DNA of 63,893 bases, the filler included, from Ionaspis alba (Eukaryota): the NCBI GenBank assembly GCA_964255285.1. It is 4 parts of 4 records of this genome, joined end to end, with 100 filler letters (N's around TTAATTAATTAA, not from the genome) between each part and the next. Parts side by side here need not be neighbours in the genome. Positions count along the whole stretch, not along the records: positions 16,032 to 31,939 come from CAXUUL010000359.1; positions 32,040 to 47,917 come from CAXUUL010000360.1; 2 more parts are not named here. One strand, 5' to 3'. Below are positions 22,562 through 35,928 of this stretch, in pieces. Positions within the stretch are counted from its first letter, which is position 1, and each line of letters begins with the position of its first letter. Position numbers and translations under genes: made by a program. The notes beneath the pieces were generated by a model. That model was not told the origin of the DNA, made no database searches, and worked only from the letters and a program-made list of their open reading frames with translations.

Positions 22562-25500
22562 ATGGCGCTCCCTCCTCACCTCGTCGCCCCCTTTGTATCA
22601 CAAATCTCATTCGCCCTTCCAAGCTATGTCCTTCCATCGACTTCCGCCCTATCTTTTCGCAAGGTCCGTCCCAGTCTTTTCCTAGCTTCTTCCTGCACCT
22701 CGAAGCTTGCCACGACATCGCCCCCACGTCGCCATCTCTGGTGGGGCCGTCACATCTACCGTAATAGGAGCTCTACGTCTGATACTCGAGGTCATGGAGA
22801 CTCTATGGGCTATCGACGAATATTGAAGTACAAGGCGTGCAGGTCACCAACGGCTTCAAGTTCCTGTTTCAAGCTCTTCAAACCAGCACAGTCCTGGAGG
22901 CTAGCTAGCAGCTGGGGTGGTGGTAATGGGTGGGGACGGGAGAGAGATAGCGACAGTTCAGGCGAGAAGAAGTATAGGGGAAAAGATGAGGATAGAGAGG
23001 AGGAGCTAGGTAGTGGCAAGGGTGACTTGCAGAAGAGATTGGAGCGATGGAATTGGTTAAGTGAGATAAGAAAGGAGATAGAGAGGGATGCCTATGGGGC
23101 TCTCTTTGCGGGGAGTGATAGGCGGGGAGTATGGAATCCCTGGAATGTGGGGGAGGTGTGGCGGAGGAAGTTGGAGGAGGTGTACGGCATCGCTGGCAGA
23201 GAAGAGGAACCAAGGCCGAACGCCAACGAGGGACGAAAAGAGATGAAAACTCCACGTGAGGAGAACACGCTGAAAACTGGTCAGGCAGTGGAGTCCACAA
23301 GCATACCTAGGATGCAAGCTGGAGAGGAATATGATATCGATCTTATCTCGTTGCGGAAGATACAACGGAAACCGTCCATAGCTACTGAACCAGACAGAAA
23401 ACCTTACAGGGATGATGGTGTCAACATACCCGTGAAACCCTTCGAATCGAACAAGATGCAGCCTGGGCCAGTCGATTCTCCAGAACGATCGCCCAAGTCT
23501 TGGCTGGCTCGTGAAGGCTTTTCGCAAGCTGATAAAGTAAGTGAAAACTCGAAATCATCCCCAAGCCAAGAACGGGATAAGGAGACAAGATCGCCAATGG
23601 TGAGACATCCAGTCCTGGAGACGTCTTTGGACCGACATCTGTACACTTCCGGAGAGTCACCCTCCATGTCGGATGCATCGGTGTTACCGTGTTCAGAAAA
23701 GGCTACTTTAATCCAAGATGTCGCTAAGATCGACGCCGAACCGAGCCGACAGCCATTGGAGTACAAGGCGGAGGAGAACAAGGTCGAAGACATTGACTTA
23801 CTTCGGGCCAGTGATGTGCGAGCATCGACTCGTCATGTCCTGAAATCTCTCAGAATTTCTCGTGGCTCAGCATTGGAGCAGAGGAAGAAACTCGAAGATG
23901 ATTTCGAGAAAAGACCTCGAGACTTAGAATCGAAGTTTGCCGAAGAACTACTGGCAAACGGCGCACCGCAGGGTGTCACACAAGGTCAAGCAGTATCGTC
24001 TGATGTGGACAGGCCTATTACAGATCTGGAGCCTCAGCATTGGAACAAAGTCAGCGACCAAGAACCTCCTACGACCAACGTCGACGCCTGGGGCTATAAT
24101 CTTACACCGAAAGGTCTAGAAATTTCCTACCAGGATGAACTTGACAACAAGATGCAAAGCATCGAGCATTACTACACGCAACAGCAGCAAGAAATCTTGG
24201 CAGCTGAGGAGCAGAAGCAAGATCAACAACGAGAAGCCGCTGACGCAGCGCTGGCCAAGGAGATCCAGGCGCAGAAGACCGCTATGGAAATGCACGAAGC
24301 TAGAAGCGCGAGCCGTCTAGCGAGTTCAGCCTCGCCACCCACCCAGGGAGGGGAAGGCGACATGTCTGCGAATGTTCACGAGTTCGTTGGGCGGGAGCGG
24401 TGGTACAAGCAGAACGCTCCTCATGCTCTTGAACAAGAACGGCAGATTAAGATGCAAGCAGAGGAACAGAGAGCGAAGGACCAGGCGCTTCACCGGGAGA
24501 TAAGAGACATTTATGAGGAGGCTTATGGCATCATTGATACGAAGCATCGGCAGCCTGCTCCAAAAAGCTTATCGGACGGGGAGGAAGCCGATATTACTCA
24601 AAAAGGTTTTCAGGACATGCAGCCCTTAGATTTCAAGAAGTTGCTCAAGGACAAAGTTGAACGGGAAGAGAGTATGGATTTGACAGATGCCGTGCGTTCG
24701 ACGGAGAAAATGAGAGATCTCCCTGTGGATAAAGTCAAGAGCATCCCCCAGGGAGATATTGTTGTTCCTGTTTCCAGTGTGGTCAAGAGAAATGAGGTGG
24801 ACCAAGAGCGAGAAATTCCTATAGACGAAGGGAAGAAGAGTATGATGGGCAAGATAGCCAGCACTGACCTGGACGCCGAAGAAGTCAAACTTCTTTACTC
24901 TGCGAAGCCTACCTCTGCAAAAACAATTGATGTCTCTACATCGACAGCGACTCCGTTGCAGCACGAATCAGATATACAATCCCTGAGCAAAGCACACCAG
25001 CAACAGCAAATATCTCAACCCGCGTCAAGCGCTGCAAATGGTTCTGAGAGAGCTGTTCCTTCGCCACAGACGCAGAGTCTGCAAGCTGAGCTTATAAGAT
25101 ATCGTGACTTCTCACGGGAAACAGTGCGCATGCTAGGACTTGCAAATATCAGTAAATCGAATACTCTCAAATTGATCAGACGCTATGAGAAAGCTATCGC
25201 AAGAGTAATAAGCGCTACCCAGGCTTACCTGCATGAGAGAAAGAGTCGAGAACTTGGGACATCTGGTCCGATGTGGGAGAAGCGCCGTGATCCTATACAG
25301 CATAATTCTCCTGAAACTTCGCAGTTTCGATTAGGAACGACAACAACTACAGACCGCCAAGAGACCATGAAGATTCAGCAAACTGCGCCAACAGAGTCAT
25401 TAGCCTCACAAGCAGCATCGGTAACCCAGACGTACAAAATCCTCTCCCTTGATCCGGCCACACAAAATGTCATAGCTGCTACGACGACGACATCTCTATA

Positions 25501-26247
25501 CGAAAAATCATCCCCGCCTCGCTCTATTCCAGCCATTCTGTCACACCTCAGACATCCCGCCAAGTTCTTTGATCATTTCCCTCCCCTCGAGGCAGCTGGA
25601 TATGAACTCGTGGCTGGAAGCCGCGAGACGCTCGTCTTCAAGAAAGTTGGCGAGGAAGTTCCGGTCGTTACGACGGCGATGCAGGAAACCATCAACAATT
25701 TTCTGGAGGGTAATGCTTCTAAGAATGGGCCAAGGAGCACCGGAAACCCTGTCGAAGCTGCTACCGAGGAGGAGGTGGTAATTGATAATGATGCAAGATC
25801 GGCCATGAAAGCCGAATATTCNNNNNNNNNNNNNNNNNNNNNNNNNNNNNNNNNNNNNNNNNNNNNNNNNNNNNNNNNNNNNNNNNNNNNNNNNNNNNNN
25901 NNNNNNNNNNNNNNNNNNNNNTACCCGCGCCGCCGGTTCGCCGGTCCGAACCTCACTTCTCCGGCGCCCGTCTCGCCAACCGCGCTCGCGAGGTGCGGCG
26001 AAAGGAGATCTTCGCTCGTCAAGCTGCTGTCCGCGCTTTCCAAGCTGGAAAGGAGCTTCGAGATATGGAGGCTAAGCGAGCAAGGAGAAGAGCTAGAGCG
26101 AAGAGCGTCGGAAAGCTGGTTCTTGGAGGCGTGTGGGTGGCACTTTGTATTTATTGTGTGGGGATCATCCTGGAAGCGGGCCGGCAGTCGAGAGAGAAGA
26201 GGCGGAAAGAACAGAGAGAGATGGTGGCCAATTTGCGAGAGGAATGA
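22562..26247 (+). CDS. Large fungal hypothetical protein with a C-terminal TM helix, possibly mitochondrial; interrupted by gap 25822-25921
   Basis: More than 1000-codon ORF with blocks EYDIDLISLRK, EDIDLLRASDVR, GEGDMS, IRDIYEEAYGIID, YKILSLDP, LRHPAKF; after the gap the 25993-26247 frame gives VRRKEIF..VWVALCIYCVGII. Confidence 0.8.
25822..25921. other. Assembly gap (100 N)
   Basis: Run of 100 N. Confidence 0.99.
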
Positions 26248-26729
26248 GAAATCGGGAAGGGATGGAATTAGCGATCATGAAATGGGTGGCCTGATAGTGG
26301 GGAAGGGTGGTGTTGGAGCCTAGGGCAGGCGGTGGCACCATGGGGAGGGGCCGGGATGATTGACCTAGGTTTTGATTTTAGGTGGGGCATGGATTGGGAT
26401 GGTGGACACGGTGGAGATTTGGGATTTATATGGTGTTCGGAATAGCGCACATTGATAGCATCTCGGCTCCGTTCCGTGACAAGTCATTCATAACCTGATC
26501 ATTATCTTCTATGGTGTGTAGAAACTTGAGGGGCAAAATTTGTCGCTTCCTTCTGTATCCGGACCAATTCCTCCGCTTTGGTGCTCGAAGAATTGAGGTT
26601 TAGATGATTGGATGGCAATGTAGACAGCTGCAAAACCATAGAAGAATCGCCCAGGTATGGCAAGAACACAAACACCAGTCATCTCTTTCATAAGATCCGA
26701 AGTCGCAGAGGCATGTCATTTAGAAAACA

Positions 26730-27482
26730 TCACCCAGCGCGCTGATACCTTCTGCCTAGTTGTTCTGGCGGTATGGCACTGTCCATTGCTTTGTGATAAG
26801 CTCTCAAATGCTCTTTGAGATGGTCTTTGCGGGTGAATCCACATGAACCGACTCGGCCGCACCATCCCCACGGACAGTCCATTGGCTGCCGTGAAGAATG
26901 AACGGTGTTCATATGTCTGTTGAGATCGGCAGCACGAGCAAAAATCGGTGGGTTCTCGCCGGCCTGGCATGCTGGCATTGAACAGGGATATGATTTAAGC
27001 AACCTGGTGTTAGATTGGTAGTACGGTTGATGTAGGTCAATGTTTTGGGGAACCTTGGAGTGGTACGGCAGGGCTAACCTTTTGGACCGGGGTTCGCACG
27101 TCTCGACGCTTGCTGTCGGGGTCGTTGAGTAATCGTCCGTGTCCGGATCAGTGTATACATGAGATACGTGTACTTGAGGGAGGAGCGTTTGCGCTTGTGA
27201 AGATGGTTCGCGTATATCTGTGTGCGGAACTAGTTGGATCTGAGAAGGTGCGATGGTTGGATATGACCCGTTGCTAAGGGGAAGACCATAGATATCATGA
27301 GACTCGTTGCTTGACATTTGACTTTCCGAGAACGAAGAGTATGCACTTGAGTGGTATGGTGTTGGGTAGTGGTGGTCGAATAGCGCTCCGGGATTGTACC
27401 CCTGCTGGTATATGAGAAACAGTGTTGTGACACCACCGGAGCAGCTTACATAGTGGTAGGAATTTTTGCTTTCGTCAGACAT
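26730..27482 (-). CDS. C2H2 zinc-finger protein (two fingers; start uncertain)
   Basis: YPCSMPAC...FARAADLNRHMNTVH and DCPWGWC....GFTRKDHLKEHLRAYH. Confidence 0.8.
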   Translation of the reverse strand: MSDESKNSYHYVSCSGGVTTLFLIYQQGYNPGALFDHHYPTPYHSSAYSSFSESQMSSNESHDIYGLPLSNGSYPTIAPSQIQLVPHTDIREPSSQAQTLLPQVHVSHVYTDPDTDDYSTTPTASVETCEPRSKRLALPYHSKVPQNIDLHQPYYQSNTRLLKSYPCSMPACQAGENPPIFARAADLNRHMNTVHSSRQPMDCPWGWCGRVGSCGFTRKDHLKEHLRAYHKAMDSAIPPEQLGRRYQRAG

Positions 27483-27667
27483 TTTCGACCAGATGTTTTC
27501 CGGACTCGATCTCAGGAGATTATTGCAACGATCGTTAAATGTTCTTATGTGGCAAAGTCGATCAATGAGCTCGAGGATAAGCTGATGAATGGCATCGAGG
27601 CGACAGCGCGAGTTATTATGACAAGTTCAAGCCCGCCAAGACATTGGGTATCAAGATAGGCGCAGGG

Positions 27668-27767
27668 NNNNNNNNNNNNNNNNNNNNNNNNNNNNNNNNN
27701 NNNNNNNNNNNNNNNNNNNNNNNNNNNNNNNNNNNNNNNNNNNNNNNNNNNNNNNNNNNNNNNNNNN
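27668..27767. other. Assembly gap (100 N)
   Basis: Run of 100 N. Confidence 0.99.
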
Positions 27768-30016
27768 ACGTTGCCTAGCCTCGGCAGCCTCCTACTCATT
27801 TCCGCTCCCATTCTCATCACTGCAAAACAATCTAAGATCGCCGTCCACGTTGGCGTGTGTGAGGAATTGATAGCCAAAGCAAACAGACCCAAGAGCTGAA
27901 AGAGCAGTAGAAGGGTAATGGTCGCAATAGCAGCAATTGGTTTGATTGTGAAGATGGGTTTTTGCACCGGTAGACCAGGGTTCCCGAAGATTTCTCGCCT
28001 CTGGACATTGAACCTACTGTCCCTACTTTTGCAAGGATTATAGTCTGTTTCCCTAGATGCCTCTAACACAAGCGCCTCGTTGGCATAGAAGGACAAGTAG
28101 CTGAGGAATTTAGTGAGGCTATCCGCGCTCTGGAGCATCATTAGTATCCATTGCACGAGGGCAGGTTGTTCGTAGTCAGTGTCGCAAGTAGTCGAGGGAA
28201 TGTTGGAGAAATCACGATTGTTATCTGGTAACAGCGCACGAATTACGGAGCGACATGGAAAATCTTGGACGAGGCAACGATGCGGTGAGGGTAACAGGGA
28301 GGTTGAATTCGAGGAAGTTGCCATGGCATAGACGGTACGATTGCCAAAGATGGAGAACATCGATATCAGCAGCGGACCGGGAACGGGCGAGTGACGAACA
28401 ATGTACGGATTGTCGCCCGGAATGTCTGGAATCATTTCCGGAGGTAGTATGTCATCTCTGTATTATTGTTGGCTAGATTAGAAAATATTTGGCAAGCTTG
28501 GGCGGAGAATGTGGGAAGCTGGTTTGAACAACATTTCTAGCTGGAGTGTCTCACACCTTTTTTGCCAAGGACCTTCGAAATCAGCTTTTGACAGATCATT
28601 ATAATCCCTTTTGAGATCGGCAGCTGGTGGCATTGCGTCCATAAGGGGCCCTGCCTGGTTCGCCAGTCTTTCATTAGGCAATTCAAAATATCCCAGGGTG
28701 GTCCTTGATGTACAATGGTAAGAGACATTCGTGTCGGGACGGCCATGGAAATCGACTGCAGAGAGGAAGTCTAGCGAGAGATATACGTCTTCTGATATTT
28801 CCTGCCTCTTGGTAGTGATTGTCCACGGCGACCGTGAGAGATCCCCTGGGGCGCAGATCTTGAGCCTCGTTGGAATATGCTCAAAGGTGCCGCGTTTGTT
28901 TGTGAATAGGTCATTGTTCACGAAGGGAAGAGCTCCGGAACAGGACGCAGGCAGAGCTGCATCTACACAGTCGACAGATGTGTTTATGCGCAGACCAAAA
29001 GTACGAAGGACTCCGGTATTGGACGAGCTAGGGAAGAAGGAGACGTAGAACGGTAGGCATTTTTGAAATATTCTGATGCGGTGGTATGGCAAATTCAAGT
29101 GTTCCGTTCAGGCTTGAGGTGCTTGCCGCTGGATACTGCTTAGGTTCGATCTCATACCATAAACGAGGCTGATATGCTTGTAGATTGGCAGTTTCCGCCG
29201 TGCTGATAACTCTCTGCATGATAGTCTCAAGTGTTGTAGAACAAAGCTCTTTCACAGACCCTTCATTTCCAAGGCTTCCCGTCGGATCATCCCACCTTGA
29301 ACTCTCCGCGATCTCCTGTGAAACAACTCTGACAGTAACGGTGTCCACAAGCAGGCCCTGTAGAGGATATATGATGGCACCTGTAGGAGATCAGTCGTTC
29401 AGTACCACAGAAATACAAGCAGTATATGTTGACCCACTAATTCCACAAAGCGCGGCGCAGTAAAAGAGAAATGAACTTCTGACGGAATGAGGGCGACGAA
29501 GCAAGGAATGCTTGAGTATCTCGAAATCCATCCAACCCTTATCGGCGAGAGCCATCATCTGCCGCATAGTGCCCTTCGGCGGCATGTAATCCTTGCTCTT
29601 TTGAAGATATACAACAGCGCCACGGGCACATATTGACGAAGTGACGGGGAGAGAAACAGTCCCTAGGATCGCAGTGATTACGTTGATGACACGTCGCCAT
29701 TCATCGTTGTACTCATAGTCTCCCTTAGATAATACCCAGCCTGGTCGTTGTAAGGCACATTCTGTATTGTTCTGAAAGAAAGGATGCAGGTCAAAGACCA
29801 CGCGAGAACGGAGAACAGGGCATATATCGAGACAAGCCATAACGCGAAAAATCGTCGCTCCAATTTTGCGGGTAGTAATTGTTGATTTGAATTAGTAGAC
29901 CCATCACTTGGCCCATCCGGTTGAGGCAGCAGACCGGCAGTCTCAGTCCCAGAACCAATTTTCGCCAACTCTGACTGGTGTACACGATCTGTGTCTACTT
30001 GAGTTGGCTCCATCAT
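27768..30016 (-). pseudogene. Fungal multi-TM membrane protein of unknown function with two apparent frameshifts (about 29730 and 29052); 3' end in gap
   Basis: Protein-like blocks (SLPVTSSICARGAVVY, RQMMALADKGW, TGVLRTFGLRINTSVDC, LGYFELPN, PTWTAILDCFAVMRMG) split over frames with no splice signals at two junctions. Confidence 0.65.
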
Positions 30017-30589
30017 CCCACATAGGAAGCTCCAGATCAGTTCTGTGTTCGCGACCAGCGTTTCACATGGTAAATGTCTTCGTAATGGCGTTACAAATCC
30101 AAAATCGGCGATTGCAGAAATAAACAACAGAAACCGAAGAAACAGCACTGCTGCGCTGAAGCAGAACATATGCCATGCCTGCTCTGAGATGATACAGTCC
30201 CTCTATCCACACATGGACACATTCAGATTTCGCCTTACATTAAGACGCCTCTAACACACAGCCTTGTCGAACCAGCCAATGATCATTTTGGCTCGGGACA
30301 CTCCCCACGCTGAATCGACTCACATGCACCTCATGGTAGGGTTGCACTCGAAAATACGAGCTACCGAATGCATGTTGTGCGGAGGAATTACTGTTAGTTC
30401 AAACGAAGATGAAGTTGAGGGCGCGGGCAGGCTGAACTCGGAGCGGCCTCGTCTAACCCTCGTTTTGACGCTCTAGCGCTATCAATGCACAACCTTTCCC
30501 AGCTATCGTCCACTTGAATAGTTGTTCTTTCTCTCCCAACGCAATTTATATCTTATATGCATCGGAAAAATCAGATTTTTTATACACAT

Positions 30590-31832
30590 CTAGATAAACC
30601 AATCCCACACTATCAAAAATCCACAAAATATACAGGTTGCGCGGAAAACCCAACGGGCCGGTCCCTTCCGCTCCGCCGCCCTCTTGAGCTGCTTGTTCCC
30701 TCCCGCTACATCCTCCATTGTCTCCTGAGATTGCGAGACGAGCTGGTCAATGCGAACAGACTGGATCTCGAGATTCGATGCTAAAGTCGTCTGTAGCTCT
30801 GAGATCTCGAGCATAGAGCGCTCGGCTGTGCTAGTAGGAGTTCAGCTTAGGTTAGTAGAAAATTGGGGGAGCTTGTCATGCTTACCGGACCTTATCAAGC
30901 GTGTCTTCATAGTGCTTGAGCATGTCATTGTTCTCCTCCGCAAAGAGCTGCAATTGCTCTGGACTCAACGTTTGCTCGATATTACGTCTCTGCACGTCGT
31001 CCATCGCAGGGTTTCTGTTCCCATATTTCCGCTCATTAGGCATGGATTGCGGACCGTCATCTGTTTGTCCAAAATCCATGTTGTCCAGCCAAGTGCCACT
31101 GCCAACTAACCCTTTCGTCTTATAGAGCACACTTTTACTCTTCTCAACCTCTCTTTCCAGCCTGGTCTGCATCATTCCCCTTTGTATCTCCGCAGCCTCT
31201 TCGAGCTTCTTCCTTAGGTACCATATCACGCTCTCTCTGTGTACCTTGATTGTTTCCTGCCTCGCTGCCTCGAGCGCTTCTTCTGGCGTCTTAGGGACAT
31301 CTCCACTTCCTCCAGCTGCCCAACGTCCTAGTGCGCCGAGCCCTCTCCGCTTATGCCGTTCTAGCTCTACCTTTAGTCTTGTGTTCTGCTGCAGCTTCTC
31401 CGCTTCTTCCAATTGACCAATACCGCTGTTGATGTCGCGTAGAGATTGCTTGGACTCGACGTCTATCTGGTCACGCTGCTTGTCTGAAAAGTAGGTCCTA
31501 TCTTTGTGGGAATTGTGGGTCGAAATTGTACGCTCAGAAGTCGCCGAGTTGGTTCGGGTGAGAGCTTGCCGATAACGATGTGGAGGGAGTGAGGTAGACA
31601 GATATGATTGACGAATGGAGCGAAGATAGGAGTGAAGTGAGGATATATGTGCGTCCTGGACACTTGGATGTCAGAATTATTGCATAGTGTCTGGAATCGT
31701 CCTAGAACTTGCTATTCGATAGGCGTCTTTGAGGAACTCATCTCGAGTGTCCGAGCGTTGGCGTCGGTATTGCTTGGTATGAACACTGTGCTTCTTCAGC
31801 GCCTCATTCAGAAAGGCAGTGACATCAGCCAT
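30590..31832 (-). CDS. UFE1: ER Qa-SNARE, syntaxin-18/Ufe1 homolog (multi-exon)
   Basis: DEFLKDAYRI, HRESVIWYL, LSPEQLQLFAEEN, EISELQTTL..NLEIQ, GGNKQLKRA, C-terminal TM ending WDWFI. Confidence 0.9.
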
Positions 31833-31939
31833 TGGTATTGGGAAGCTATTAGTACAAGTATGAAATGGCTTGAGTTGGCTCAGTGAGCTCATTGCGAAGG
31901 GGAAATTGATTTTCCGATATCCGACTCAGCCTTACAATG

Positions 31940-32039
31940 NNNNNNNNNNNNNNNNNNNNNNNNNNNNNNNNNNNNNNNNNNNNTTAATTAATTAANNNNN
32001 NNNNNNNNNNNNNNNNNNNNNNNNNNNNNNNNNNNNNNN
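31940..32039. other. Artificial scaffold linker N44-TTAATTAATTAA-N44
   Basis: Same structure as 15932-16031. Confidence 0.98.
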
Positions 32040-32425
32040 AGATCGTTATTTTAAATAATAATAATTTATAAAAAAAATCGAGTATTTTTTATTTACATTA
32101 ACTATATTCCCAAAGGACCGTAGCATCCGGTTTAAATATTATGGAAGGAATATTAATAAATTAGCGTGCCTACAGCTACGTGCGACAGCCCGTAATATTA
32201 TATATATTTTATATTATTTATATATTTATTTACTTATTTATTTACGGGGGGGAAAACGGGGTATAAGAATAATTAAAAAAATCAGGGGTAGATAAATAAA
32301 TAAGCTAAAATTTCAGGATATATAAATAATTTACTTATATTTTAATATAAGATTTAATTCGGATTCTTTATTATTATCTGATTAGACAACGCTAACCCGA
32401 TTCAAATTTCAATTTCAATTTTAAT
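32040..32425. repeat. AT-rich, RIP-like degraded repeat remnant at the scaffold end
   Basis: Very AT- and TpA-rich with few CpA/TpG and an abrupt switch to normal composition near 32425. Confidence 0.65.
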
Positions 32426-32600
32426 GTGGTTGCTGAACCTCTATTACTCTTCAAACTCAGCTGGTCACATAATCAACCTACCAGGCTTTATTCACTCACG
32501 TAAGTAGCCTGCGTATCGAGCCCCTTACAACTCGGCCTGAAGATAAACAATTTATGCTCACCTCAATAAAGGTCAAACGCGAAAAAAAGGCGTTGCATTC

Positions 32601-35109
32601 TTACCCTAACCCTGCCTTCGTCGTTTTGACCACATGAACTACCGGTTGCATGATGCCCTTGTTGTTCAGCGCCCCCAGAGCAGTCCCTGTGCTCCAGCCC
32701 ATTTTCTCCAACATTGCTCTTCCTCGATTATCTAGGCCTAGCTCTGGAGCAGTCGCACCAACTATTTCCCCATCCCTATACGTCACCGCAGCCCCGGCAG
32801 CGCCACCGCTTCGACCTCCTCGCACCTTATCATAGGGGGTACCACCTTTCTCGACAGCCTTATTCGTACGAGGTAGAAAGCGCCGATGACCCAACCTCGC
32901 TTCAACGAGGGTCATCGAATTTTCATCGTAAGGTAACGTTCGAGACGTCTTGAATAAGCACGGATGGCGACTTCGCCCACCACCGCTTGACTTCGACTTG
33001 ACCTTGAACGCGTTAGCCACCTCGTGTACCAGTTTACGGCTCTTCTTGTCCATCGGCGGCAAGGCTAGCCTATTGCCAGGTCAGAAATTCCCCGGAGCAG
33101 AAGCGACCGATTCGTACATTACTTCAGGGGATGCCAGAAATTCCTTGAGTTCACTCTTGACCAGGGCGATCGATATCCCTGCAGAATACATTGCATTCAC
33201 ATCTTGCTTCCCCGACTTGCCAAGTCGACCTTGCGCGCGTAATTCTTCACGTGCCTGTTTCCGTTCTCTCTTCTTCATTCGATCGTTCATCCAAGCTCGT
33301 TGCATCGAGTCCTCTAGATCACTCTCGGACAGTTCAAAGGGAGTTATCGCCCGACGTGCGTTCAACCGTTGATCGATGCTCAGGCGATCTCGATCCAGGA
33401 CACCGAATCCATCGTATGCATCCTGACTGACAGCAGTTGCCGTACTACCACGATTGTAACATTCCCTACGAATCGAAATCCTGCCACTGCTGCCTGAGAC
33501 ACCCGGCCCTGTGGTCTTGGATTCGAAGCCCTTGACGGTATCACTCTTGCCAAGGTGAGATAATTCACTTCCGTCAAACAAAAGAATTTCCGACGAGCCT
33601 ACGCCCAGCTCTTCTTGTTTTGCAAGCCTCGTCGCCATCTGCTCGTCAGTCATGCCCGTGTCTGGGATTTTCAGACTATGTCCTGAATACTCAGCATGAT
33701 TATGTTCGTCCTGTAGATCCATGGTAGCCAATTCATTGATTTCGGAGGATTCGCTTGTGTCATCGTTGTGCAATGGATCCGTTGGATTATCAAGCTTCTT
33801 GCTTGCTTCGAAATGAGCAATCTTCTCGGCAGCACCGGGCATACCAAGTAAGGATGCAGATACCCATCTGCCATCACCTACTGCTTCATTCTCCTGGACA
33901 ACAAAATACTGATACTCGGACAGCCTTTGCCGCTTAGAGACAACTTTGCAAAAACCGGTAGGGGCCTCGCTCGAGGTGCTCAGGTGGTCCAGAGTAACGA
34001 TGTCGTCACTGTCCCAGCCACCGTCAAGAAAAGCGTTGTCTCTCGAGAATTCGTGTTCGGCTTTTCCCAGTACTTGGTTCTCCCGACCTCCAATGTCCCT
34101 TGCAGTAAAGGATGTACTTATCGCATCCGGATCTGAGATGTTGTCGCGAATGTTTGCGATATAATCTGCTTCGATCATGTCGGCCTGCTGCTTCACCCTT
34201 CGTCCCTGTCTGCCGTACTTGCTCTGATGCACACGAAACTGCTGCCTACTACGGGATCGAACTGATGGAAGGGTATGCCCGGGTCCTGATCGGCATGGGT
34301 TCGATGATGAAACTTGAGGATGCTCAAGAGTTGGATTTTGCAGTCTGAACACTTCGGACCCTACCATCCGGGTTGAACTTGGGCGTGCGGAATGGCGTGG
34401 GATGTTTCTCCCGTTGAACAAGACAACATCTCCGCTAGACTTAGATATGTCGGATGAAGAAGAGGATCGCGTGCAGGAGGGCTGTAGATCAAAGACGGTC
34501 GGAAGATTAGCCTCCTCAGTGTCCAACATGAAAAGATCGTCGTCTTTCTGTTGGTTTGAAGTTCTTGTCATTGGCGCTTCTGCTACGTCAACTAATGCTG
34601 CAACAGGGTGCTCGTAGACTCCTTCCTCGAGAGCACATTCTTCTTTCCCATTCAAACTAGGCAGGGAATTCTCCACGGTGGAATTCAATAGTTGAGGACG
34701 GTCAATGGCAATACCGGCCTTCTCGCCAGACGTAGATTCTTCTGATACGCTGTCGCCACGATGTGATGTGCTCGGGATCACGACGTCTACTTCGCTCTGT
34801 GTTCGCGAAAGGGCGGCTGTCGAGCATACGAAGTTGACCTGAGCATGCCGTAGTTTGAGGTCAGCATTCCAATTCCGATGTCTTTCGGTGTTTCGAGCCT
34901 CATCAATTAAGGAATAATCGGACCTGCTGGTACCTATATCACCATTAGTTCGGCACTTGACAGCCCTGAAGAGCATCTCCTGGCATAACTTTGACCCGTG
35001 GGTTCGCAGAGGCAATCGGCCTCGTCATAGTTAAGTCAGACTGTGGAATTCCTCGCCTTAGAGCGGGTTTCGCGGGCCCTCGCGGCGCTGACCTCTTGGT
35101 CCTAGCCAT
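32601..35109 (-). CDS. SQS1: R3H and G-patch domain protein (Sqs1)
   Basis: R3H LPPMDKKSRKLVHEVANAFKVKSKSSG; G-patch NRGRAMLEKMGWSTGTALG...KTTKAGLG; ADYIAN and LAKQEELG blocks. Confidence 0.88.
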
Positions 35110-35928
35110 GCAGCCTAGGGCATGGGCATTTGATAGACGGCGCACATGAAGTAAGACTTGAGATGATTAGAGTGGCTGAGAGGCGTGACGATGGTGCCAG
35201 CGAAGGTTTACGTGGGCATGTATATGGCGTGGGCATCCAGAGTTTACCTTGCTTAGTATATGTAGTTGGCAATTTGAGCCTTTTTTTTTTTTTGGCACGC
35301 CGAGTCGATTTTCTGACGTGCCCGGGAAGTCCACGAGCGCGGTCATATACTCTAACAGGGATGGAGCTTCGTAGCGAGGCGCAAGATACTTGTTCATATG
35401 CGTTGAGATATGTAAGTTAGGTATCTTCTACCTATCGACCAGTACAATAATTACCATTCATATTCTCACCTAGGTTCTTGTCTGAGGTAAGAAGAGTTTG
35501 AAATCCTCGTGCTACTCTCTCTTTGCATCCGTGGTCTGTTCCTTATCCTCGTTCTTGCCTGTCCACCTTGTATGTATCTCCTCGGGTGCAGTCACCGCCA
35601 TTTTATCACATAGCTGACCGACCGCAGTAACATCTTACATCTCGCCTTTCATACTTGACAGGTTCCCGACAATTCATCGTGCCTGGATCTGGTAACTAAG
35701 AATGTAGTGGACCTTCGCGCCGCGCGACGTTCCTTACATTCACTGGTGTCGGTAGGGTGCCTGATCTGCAAGGATCGTGATAGACTCGCACTGTTCGTGG
35801 CGGCGTCAGCGTTCTCGGCAACACCTTTCTTATGCGCCTTTTCATGTGACTTAAGATAAGTTCACGCGCTTTGTTCCCAAGGAAGTGTTCTTTCAACCGA
35901 AAGTGCTTCTGTGTATCCCTGCTTTCCA

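Noticed and set aside
25922..26323. C-terminus of the 1253-aa ORF as given in the track
   Set aside because: Frame across the fixed 100-N gap is arbitrary; the 25993-26247 frame gives the plausible TM-containing end
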